Source: Enterobacteria phage P922
DNA: 64,000 nt
Strand: one strand, 5' to 3'
Sequence record: OR999189.1
Shown here: piece after piece, positions 57,667-64,000 of the stretch
Position numbering within the stretch: position 1 is the stretch's first letter
Layout: every line of letters begins with the position of its first letter
Position numbers and translations under genes: made by a program
The notes under the pieces: model-generated
What the model was told of the DNA's origin: nothing
The model's input: the letters and a program-made list of their open reading frames with translations, nothing else
Database searches by the model: none

Positions 57667-58695
57667 ATGTCATCAATACCTTGGATTGATAATGAGTTTG
57701 CATATCGTGCGTTAGCTCATTTACCTAAATTCACACAAGTAAATAATAGTTCAACTTTTAAATTACGGTTTAGATGCCCTGTTTGTGGAGATTCAAAAAC
57801 CGATCAAAATAAAGCCCGTGGATGGTATTATGGTGATAACAATGAAGGAAATATTCACTGTTATAACTGTAACTATCATGCGCCAATCGGAATATATTTA
57901 AAGGAGTTTGAACCTGATTTATATCGTGAGTATATCTTTGAAATAAGAAAAGAAAAAGGTAAAAGTCGTCCAGTAGAAAAACCTAAAGAACTTCCTAAAC
58001 AACCTGAGAAGAAAATAATTAAATCTCTTCCGTCATGCATTAGATTAGATAAACTGGCGGAAGACCATCCAATTATAAAATACGTAAAAGCTCGCTGTAT
58101 TCCAAAGGATAAATGGAAATATCTTTGGTTTACAACCGAATGGCCTAAATTGGTTAATAGTATAGCACCGGGAACATATAAAAAGGAAATATCTGAGCCT
58201 CGTCTTGTTATTCCAATTTATAATGCTAATGGAAAAGCTGAGTCTTTTCAAGGACGTGCATTAAAGAAAGATGCTCCTCAAAAATATATCACCATCAAAG
58301 CTTATCCTGAGGCAACAAAAATCTATGGTGTTGAACGAGTTAAAGATGGTGATGTATATGTTTTAGAAGGACCTATAGATTCACTTTTTATTGAAAATGG
58401 TATAGCTATTACAGGTGGTCAATTAGACCTAGAAATTGTTCCATTTAAAGATAGACGTGTGTGGGTTTTAGATAATGAACCTCGTCATCCTGATACTATT
58501 AAACGAATGACTAAATTAGTTGATGCAGGAGAAAGGGTTATGTTTTGGGACAAATCTCCCTGGAAATCAAAAGATGTTAATGATATGATTAGAAAGGAAG
58601 GTGCAACCCCTGAACAAATTATGGAATATATGAAAAATAATATTGCGCAGGGGTTGATGGCTAAAATGCGGCTATCTAAATATGCTAAGATTTAA
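57667..58695 (+). CDS. 61: DNA primase gp61
   Basis: 342 aa; zinc-binding CPVCGD ... CYNC and TOPRIM-like core. Confidence 0.9.
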   Translation: MSSIPWIDNEFAYRALAHLPKFTQVNNSSTFKLRFRCPVCGDSKTDQNKARGWYYGDNNEGNIHCYNCNYHAPIGIYLKEFEPDLYREYIFEIRKEKGKSRPVEKPKELPKQPEKKIIKSLPSCIRLDKLAEDHPIIKYVKARCIPKDKWKYLWFTTEWPKLVNSIAPGTYKKEISEPRLVIPIYNANGKAESFQGRALKKDAPQKYITIKAYPEATKIYGVERVKDGDVYVLEGPIDSLFIENGIAITGGQLDLEIVPFKDRRVWVLDNEPRHPDTIKRMTKLVDAGERVMFWDKSPWKSKDVNDMIRKEGATPEQIMEYMKNNIAQGLMAKMRLSKYAKI

Positions 58696-58892
58696 ATTAA
58701 CCCAACTAAAGCAAATGCTAAATCTACGAATGTATCGAGAGTAATTACTGGAATATTAACGCCATGAGCAATAGCAATTGGTGATAAAACAAAATTCCAG
58801 AGTAAAATTCCTATCATAGCAGAAATAGTAAAAGCTATACGTTTTTTATTACCTTTTATGGCATTAACAAGTGCCATTAATTTTTGTACCAT
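58692..58892 (-). CDS. small two-TM membrane protein, only convincing minus-strand gene in the window
   Basis: Minus-strand ATG preceded by AAGGAGGACAT; 66 aa hydrophobic. Confidence 0.5.
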   Translation of the reverse strand: MVQKLMALVNAIKGNKKRIAFTISAMIGILLWNFVLSPIAIAHGVNIPVITLDTFVDLAFALVGLI

Positions 58893-58963
58893 ATGTCCTC
58901 CTTATTGCTTTATATATTTATTGTATAATTAATCTACTAACCCATGAATTGAAAGGAAAAATA

Positions 58964-59482
58964 ATGGCTTACTTTAATGAATGTTCGCAACTGATCGAAG
59001 GCGCTGATAAAGCTCAAAATGAATACTGGGATATTCTCGGTGACGAAAAAGACCCACTGCAAGTTATGCTTGATATGCAGAAATCTTTGCAGGTTCGTTT
59101 AGCTAAAGATAAACCTGAATATAACCGTCATCCTGATGATTTGGCTACTGCAGGTGAAGTTGTTGATTGGCTGCGTAATCAGAAAGATTATATTGACGAT
59201 GAATTCCGTGAACTTCTGACTTCTCTTGGTGGTATGAGCAATGGTGAAAAAGATGCATCTGCTGTATGGAAGCCTTGGAAGTCGCAGCATGGTGAACGTC
59301 GTGAAACTCTGATTACTGATTTGTCTCCACAAGACCAGTTGGAAATTAAATTCGAAATGATTGATATTCTTCATTTCGTTCTGAACATGTTCCAAGGTCT
59401 CGGCCTTACTGCTGAAGAAATCTTTAAACTTTATTATCTGAAGAATGCTGAAAACTTCGCTCGTCAAGACCGAGGTTATTAA
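58964..59482 (+). CDS. 56: dCTPase/dUTPase gp56
   Basis: ATG 58964 (MAYFNECSQLIEGADKAQNEYWDILG...); MazG-like; T4 gp56 size. Confidence 0.85.
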   Translation: MAYFNECSQLIEGADKAQNEYWDILGDEKDPLQVMLDMQKSLQVRLAKDKPEYNRHPDDLATAGEVVDWLRNQKDYIDDEFRELLTSLGGMSNGEKDASAVWKPWKSQHGERRETLITDLSPQDQLEIKFEMIDILHFVLNMFQGLGLTAEEIFKLYYLKNAENFARQDRGY

Positions 59483-59517
59483 ATATAAACGACGGCTTAA
59501 AAGCTGTGAGAATTTAT

Positions 59518-59525
59518 TATAAATA
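59518..59525 (+). promoter_or_regulatory. T4 late-promoter box TATAAATA upstream of soc
   Basis: Exact TATAAATA about 30 nt before ATG 59556. Confidence 0.55.
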
Positions 59526-59555
59526 GTCATGTAATTTAAATAAAAGGAGAATTAC

Positions 59556-59801
59556 ATGGCTAGTACTCGCGGTTATGTTAATATTAAAACATTTGAGCAG
59601 AAATTAGATGGAAATAAGAAAATTGAAGGAAAAGAAATTTCTGTAGCTTTCCCTCTTTATTCTGACGTTCACAAAATTTCTGGTGCTCATTACCAGATAT
59701 TCCCTTCAGAAAAAGCAGCATATACTACTGTATACGAAGAAAATCAACGTGATGCATGGATTGCTGCAAACGAAGATTTGTGGAAAGTAACTGGTGGTTA
59801 A
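59556..59801 (+). CDS. soc: small outer capsid protein Soc
   Basis: 81 aa; MASTRGYVNIKTFEQKLDGNKKIEGKEISVAFPLY... matches recalled T4 Soc. Confidence 0.85.
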   Translation: MASTRGYVNIKTFEQKLDGNKKIEGKEISVAFPLYSDVHKISGAHYQIFPSEKAAYTTVYEENQRDAWIAANEDLWKVTGG

Positions 59802-59807
59802 TAATTC

Positions 59808-59834
59808 AAGGACTCCTTCGGGAGTCCTTTTTTC
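59808..59834 (+). terminator. intrinsic terminator after soc
   Basis: AAGGACTCC-TTCG-GGAGTCCTT + TTTTTC. Confidence 0.7.
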
Positions 59835-59843
59835 ATTTTACTG

Positions 59844-59873
59844 GTTTACTTTCCAAAATGAGTATGGTATAAT
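59844..59873 (+). promoter_or_regulatory. T4-type early promoter
   Basis: GTTTAC ... TATGGTATAAT, after terminator hairpin. Confidence 0.6.
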
Positions 59874-59899
59874 AAAATTATCTTATAGAGGAGAGCACT

Positions 59900-60106
59900 A
59901 TGTTAAATCGTTGGATTAAACCAAATGAAGATTTAGATATTATCATTTCACGACATGTAATGAAGAAATATGAACTACAGCCATGGTCTACAGAAGTTGT
60001 TGTACATTCATTTATGATGTACGCAGATGGTTCTGTCGAATTTAATGCAGAGATTCGATATGATTATGGTGAGAAGCAAGTTGAATTCAAGAGAGGCTTT
60101 TTGTAA
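59900..60106 (+). CDS. hypothetical small protein
   Basis: 68 aa ORF after promoter 59844-59873. Confidence 0.4.
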   Translation: MLNRWIKPNEDLDIIISRHVMKKYELQPWSTEVVVHSFMMYADGSVEFNAEIRYDYGEKQVEFKRGFL

Positions 60107-60444
60107 TGTTTATCTTTAATTGGTTTAAAAGTTTCTTTACGGATTTTTTCTCTACAACTCCCGGAGAAGGTGTAGTTCCTATTTCAAATGACTACCTTCC
60201 TTTAACTGTAGTTGAATATGTTTATATGGGAGATGGAACAGTAGAAGCAGTTACTATGACTTATGAAGAAGCCCAAGAATATTATAAAAATCCTTGGCGC
60301 TGGTCAACACCTACATCATCTAATACGCAGAATACACAGTCTAGTTCTGATTCATATGACACTAATGTTCCTGTTCATGTATGGGCAGGCGATTCGTGTG
60401 GAAGTTCTTGTGATTCTAGTTGTTCATCTACATCTTGTGATTGA
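60106..60444 (+). CDS. hypothetical protein with Ser/Cys-rich C-terminal tail
   Basis: 112 aa; tail ...[18 protein letters not shown]. Confidence 0.4.
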   Translation: MFIFNWFKSFFTDFFSTTPGEGVVPISNDYLPLTVVEYVYMGDGTVEAVTMTYEEAQEYYKNPWRWSTPTSSNTQNTQSSSDSYDTNVPVHVWAGDSCGSSCDSSCSSTSCD

Positions 60445-60938
60445 GGAAAATTATGGAAGCGATTTTGTTTGAAATGTATATTAGCAGTAATAGTTTGTCG
60501 TTTGCTAAAGACGTTCCAATTACCGTAGCAGTAATGATTGATAAGGGTTATTGTGACCCAATGTATCTCGTAGAAAATTTCGTTTCAATGCCAGTTCCAG
60601 AAGATGCTGAAATAAAACTTAAAAAGATTGGTATTATTGAAACTGTGCCAAATATTCCGTTTAGAGCAATTGAAGCATTTACTAAATCAGAATACATTAA
60701 TGTTAGCGCAGAACAATATAATGATAAACCTTTATCTTTTTATTCGTATGATTCAGTATATAGTTGGAAAATAGATAAAGGAAATAAATTTATAATTGCG
60801 AGTGAAGATGCTTTATCATACTTTATTTCTTCTATATGGAATAGTTTACATCCAAATTTGCTAAAAATTCATGAATTTGATGATGCTCCTACTGTTGTTT
60901 TAGGTAAAACAAATGAAAGTTCTGAAGAAAATGCTTGA
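60441..60938 (+). CDS. hypothetical protein
   Basis: 165 aa ORF. Confidence 0.45.
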   Translation: MRKIMEAILFEMYISSNSLSFAKDVPITVAVMIDKGYCDPMYLVENFVSMPVPEDAEIKLKKIGIIETVPNIPFRAIEAFTKSEYINVSAEQYNDKPLSFYSYDSVYSWKIDKGNKFIIASEDALSYFISSIWNSLHPNLLKIHEFDDAPTVVLGKTNESSEENA

Positions 60939-61116
60939 ATGGTTCAGTAGACCAAACTCAATGTATATTGACGATGGTTGGGTTGAACAAGCAAATAAAG
61001 AAATGCAGAACGAATCAGAAGAATGGATGAAATCAATGATTGCTGCTGAGAAAGAAAAGAAATTAGAACGCTCAGCGCTTAAATTGATGAGAGACATCTA
61101 TGGGGATAAATCGTGA
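60913..61116 (+). CDS. hypothetical small protein
   Basis: 67 aa ORF. Confidence 0.35.
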   Translation: MKVLKKMLEWFSRPNSMYIDDGWVEQANKEMQNESEEWMKSMIAAEKEKKLERSALKLMRDIYGDKS

Positions 61117-61269
61117 ACAGAGATATGACGTTAGAAGAGGCTAAAGCTAAAGCAAATGAAGCAATGGATTTGCTTCTTAAAATTGGCAGTAAAATGATGG
61201 AAGAAAATGAGAAATACATTCAGGAAAACAAAATTCCTGACGGCCCATTAGTAGGCAAGAGGAAATCAC

Positions 61270-61752
61270 ATGATTGAAGTAGCAAAACATTATTCAATAG
61301 AATTTATGTCTAAAGAAGGTAAATCAGTAAATACACTTGATAAAAAGTGCTCATTAATTATTCCTTTAGCAGAAAATCCGGATATTTTAATTAAAGATAT
61401 AAAAGAAAGAAAATATCCAGAAAATGTTATTCTAATTATAAAGCATACTGAAGATATTTTGCAGAATACTGATTCACCGTTTTCTTCTTCTGAAGCTTTA
61501 ACTATTAAAGGATATAAAAGAGCTCATGAATATGGTCTTTTTGACCTGTTTGAAGATGATAACGTTAAATTAGCACTTAATTTAGCAGGTCAACTTTCTA
61601 AAAGTAAAACATTCATTATTGAAGATATTAAAGATATAAATGCATTTGTTAAGATGGTCTGGGCTCATTTTGATGTTGGACTACGCTGGAGAATGTCCGA
61701 AGAAGAAAGAAAAATTATTGAAGCTAATCGTTATTTTGGTTTTTATCGCTAG
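61270..61752 (+). CDS. hypothetical protein
   Basis: 160 aa ORF. Confidence 0.45.
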   Translation: MIEVAKHYSIEFMSKEGKSVNTLDKKCSLIIPLAENPDILIKDIKERKYPENVILIIKHTEDILQNTDSPFSSSEALTIKGYKRAHEYGLFDLFEDDNVKLALNLAGQLSKSKTFIIEDIKDINAFVKMVWAHFDVGLRWRMSEEERKIIEANRYFGFYR

Positions 61753-61760
61753 GAATTAAT

Positions 61761-61943
61761 ATGGATTTATTTGAGATGTTAGAAGATAATCATTCTACGA
61801 ATATCCAGAATGATTCTAGTGATTATAAGAAAGAGTACCGTATAGTATTACAGAATTATGGAATTGAAGCCCCAGATGCTCTTCTAGAAGAACTAGCTTC
61901 ATACCATCTTGACCCTCCGCCCTGGGCTCCCTGGGCAAAATAA
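61761..61943 (+). CDS. hypothetical small acidic protein
   Basis: 60 aa ORF. Confidence 0.35.
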   Translation: MDLFEMLEDNHSTNIQNDSSDYKKEYRIVLQNYGIEAPDALLEELASYHLDPPPWAPWAK

Positions 61944-61954
61944 TTCAAAAAGTT

Positions 61955-61984
61955 GTTTACTTTCCTTCCTAACAATGATATGAT
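61955..61984 (+). promoter_or_regulatory. T4-type early promoter (modB)
   Basis: AAAGTTGTTTAC ... TGATATGAT. Confidence 0.5.
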
Positions 61985-62010
61985 AGCTTCTGAAGTATAT
62001 GGAGGCTATC

Positions 62011-62634
62011 ATGATTATTAATCTTGCAGATGTTGAACAGTTATCTATAAAAGCTGAAAGTGTTGATTTTCAATATGATATGTATAAAAAGGTCTGTGAA
62101 AAATTTACTGATTTTGAACAGTCAGTTCTTTGGCAATGTATGGAAGCCAAAAAGAATGAAGCTCTTCATCGGCAGTTGAATAAAATCATTAAAAAGCATT
62201 TAACTAAATCACCTTATCAGCTATATCGTGGTATATCAAAATCGACAAAAGAGCTCATTAAAGATTTACAAGTCGGAGAAGTGTTTTCAACGAACAGGGT
62301 AGATTCATTTACTACTAGTTTGCATACAGCGTGTTCTTTTTCTTATGCTGAATATTTTACTGAAACAATACTTCGCTTAAAAACTGATAAAGCTTTTAAT
62401 TACTCTGACCATATCAGCGATATTATACTTTCTTCTCCTAATACTGAGTTTAAGTATACATATGAAGATACTGATGGATTAGATTCAGAACGTACTGATA
62501 ACTTAATGATGATTGTGCGTGAACAAGAATGGATGATTCCAATTGGAAAGTATAAAATAACTTCTATTTCAAAAGAAAAATTACACGATTCATTTGGAAC
62601 ATTTAAAGTGTATGATATTGAGGTAGTTGAATGA
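62011..62634 (+). CDS. modB: ADP-ribosyltransferase ModB
   Basis: ATG 62011 after GGAGG gives 207 aa; R-S-ExE motifs (YRG, FSTN, EQEWMIP). Confidence 0.75.
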   Translation: MIINLADVEQLSIKAESVDFQYDMYKKVCEKFTDFEQSVLWQCMEAKKNEALHRQLNKIIKKHLTKSPYQLYRGISKSTKELIKDLQVGEVFSTNRVDSFTTSLHTACSFSYAEYFTETILRLKTDKAFNYSDHISDIILSSPNTEFKYTYEDTDGLDSERTDNLMMIVREQEWMIPIGKYKITSISKEKLHDSFGTFKVYDIEVVE

Positions 62635-63233
62635 AATATTCAGCAATGCAATTAAAAGATTTTAAAATCAAATCAATGGATGCATCGGTGCGTGCTTCTA
62701 TTCGTGAAGAATTACTTTCTGAAGGATTTAATTTATCCGAAATTGAACTTTTAATTCATTGTATTACTAATAAGCCAGACGACCACTCTTGGTTAAATGA
62801 AATAATCAAATCTCGTTTGGTTCCAAACGATAAACCTCTTTGGAGAGGTGTTCCAGTTGAGACTAAGCAGGCGTTAAATCAAGGAATTGATATTATTACA
62901 TTTGATAAAGTAGTATCAGCTTCATATGATAAAAATATAGCTCTACATTTTGCTTCTGGATTAGAATACAACACACAAGTTATTTTTGAATTCAAAGCTC
63001 CTATGGTATTTAATTTCCAGGAATATGCTATAAAAGCTCTACGTTGTAAAGAATATAGTCCAAGTTTTAAGTTTCCGGATAGTCATCGCTATCGTAATAT
63101 GGAATTAGTTTCAGATGAACAAGAAGTAATGATACCAGCTGGAAGTGTATTTAGAATTGCGGATAGATATGAGTATAAAAAGCATTCAACATACACTATC
63201 TATACTCTTGATTTTGAAGGATTTAATCTATAA
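62631..63233 (+). CDS. modA: ADP-ribosyltransferase ModA
   Basis: 200 aa; R-S-ExE motifs (LWRG, VSAS, EQEVMIP). Confidence 0.75.
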   Translation: MKYSAMQLKDFKIKSMDASVRASIREELLSEGFNLSEIELLIHCITNKPDDHSWLNEIIKSRLVPNDKPLWRGVPVETKQALNQGIDIITFDKVVSASYDKNIALHFASGLEYNTQVIFEFKAPMVFNFQEYAIKALRCKEYSPSFKFPDSHRYRNMELVSDEQEVMIPAGSVFRIADRYEYKKHSTYTIYTLDFEGFNL

Positions 63234-63288
63234 TGGAAGGACTTAGATTCATTATACCATGAAAGTTTTAAAGCATTTTTCATAAAGT

Positions 63289-63320
63289 TGTTTACAAGCT
63301 GAAGTAAAAATGATATAGTA
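63289..63320 (+). promoter_or_regulatory. T4-type early promoter
   Basis: AAAGTTGTTTACA ... TGATATAGT. Confidence 0.5.
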
Positions 63321-63348
63321 TAAGTAGTTAACCGTCCGTGAGAAAAAT

Positions 63349-64000
63349 ATGAAACTGTCTAAAAATCAAATTCGTAAAATTACACGTCGTCTAGAGCATA
63401 CTCAGGCATCTGCAAAAAGACGTTCTAAAGATTTTAACTTAGACTTCAATTACATTAAGAACATTTTAGATCAAAAAGTTTGTGCTTACTCGGGAGAACC
63501 TTTTGATAATCGTATTGAAGGAGAGAAATTATCATTAGAACGTTTTGATAATAACGTTGGATACATTAAAGGGAATGTTATTGCAGTAAAGAAAAAGTAT
63601 AATACATTTCGTTCTGATTATACTTTAGAAGAGTTGATTGAAAAGCGTGATTTATTTGCTTTGCGAATTGGTCGTTCATCTGCGAAAAAAGTTCATAAAC
63701 TAAATTTAGATGAAAAGAAATGGGCTAAAATCAAAAAGACTTATAATCAAATTAAAGCTATACAGAAAAAACGTGAAAACCGAATTGAGCACATTTCTCA
63801 GCTTTCTAAATCAAAACAAACTTCTGACGTTAAGCTAACGATTATAGCACTCAAAGCTCGTATTGATGGTTCTCGTATAGCAGAAGGCGCTGAAGTTGTT
63901 AAATTGAACGTTCTTCTTAAAGGCTCTGATTGGAAAACTGTGAAAAAGTTGTCAGAAGCAGAAATGCAATATGATATGTGTGATAAAATTATTCAGGGTG
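63349..64000 (+). CDS. Srd-position protein, 3' end outside window; contains a degenerate HNH-like segment
   Basis: ATG 63349 after promoter; open to window end; CAYSGEPF ... FDNNVGYIKGNVIAV. Confidence 0.4.
   Translation, partial: MKLSKNQIRKITRRLEHTQASAKRRSKDFNLDFNYIKNILDQKVCAYSGEPFDNRIEGEKLSLERFDNNVGYIKGNVIAVKKKYNTFRSDYTLEELIEKRDLFALRIGRSSAKKVHKLNLDEKKWAKIKKTYNQIKAIQKKRENRIEHISQLSKSKQTSDVKLTIIALKARIDGSRIAEGAEVVKLNVLLKGSDWKTVKKLSEAEMQYDMCDKIIQG

Noticed and set aside
59099-59530. 143 aa minus-strand ORF
   Set aside because: Antisense to gp56 dCTPase; low-complexity translation, no start context.

Overview
This window reads as a T-even (T4-like, Tequatrovirus-type) phage segment, transcribed almost entirely on the + strand and co-linear with the T4 early/middle region. 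From the translations I recognise, in order: gp2(partial)/gp3, gene 1 dNMP kinase, 57A, 57B (Acb1-type 2H phosphoesterase), internal protein I, a 10-gene tRNA cluster, NudE, lysozyme e, DenV, RegB, Tk, rI, NrdC, gp49 endonuclease VII, NrdD/NrdG, gp55, alpha-gt, gp47/46, RpbA, gp45/44/62, RegA, gp43, Imm, gp42, UvsX, gp40, gp41, Dmd, Sp, gp61, gp56, Soc, ModB/ModA. Named calls rest on my recall of T4 protein sequences, lengths and gene order, not on a database search. Between the core genes are many T4-type early promoters (GTTTAC -35, TGnTAyyAT -10) and GGGC-UUCG-GCCC hairpin terminators, often combined into repeated promoter-terminator cassettes. The best candidates for an undescribed system are a tandem array of four divergent ~300-340 aa paralogs ending in a shared coiled coil (25398-29363) and an operon built around a pol-beta-type nucleotidyltransferase (19637-22370) followed by an AAA+ ATPase. 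Other points worth follow-up are a macrodomain protein, a GrcA-like glycyl-radical protein with a host-like 3' half, seven proteins with an internal-protein capsid-targeting leader, a lone antisense membrane gene, and a GIY-YIG homing endonuclease.
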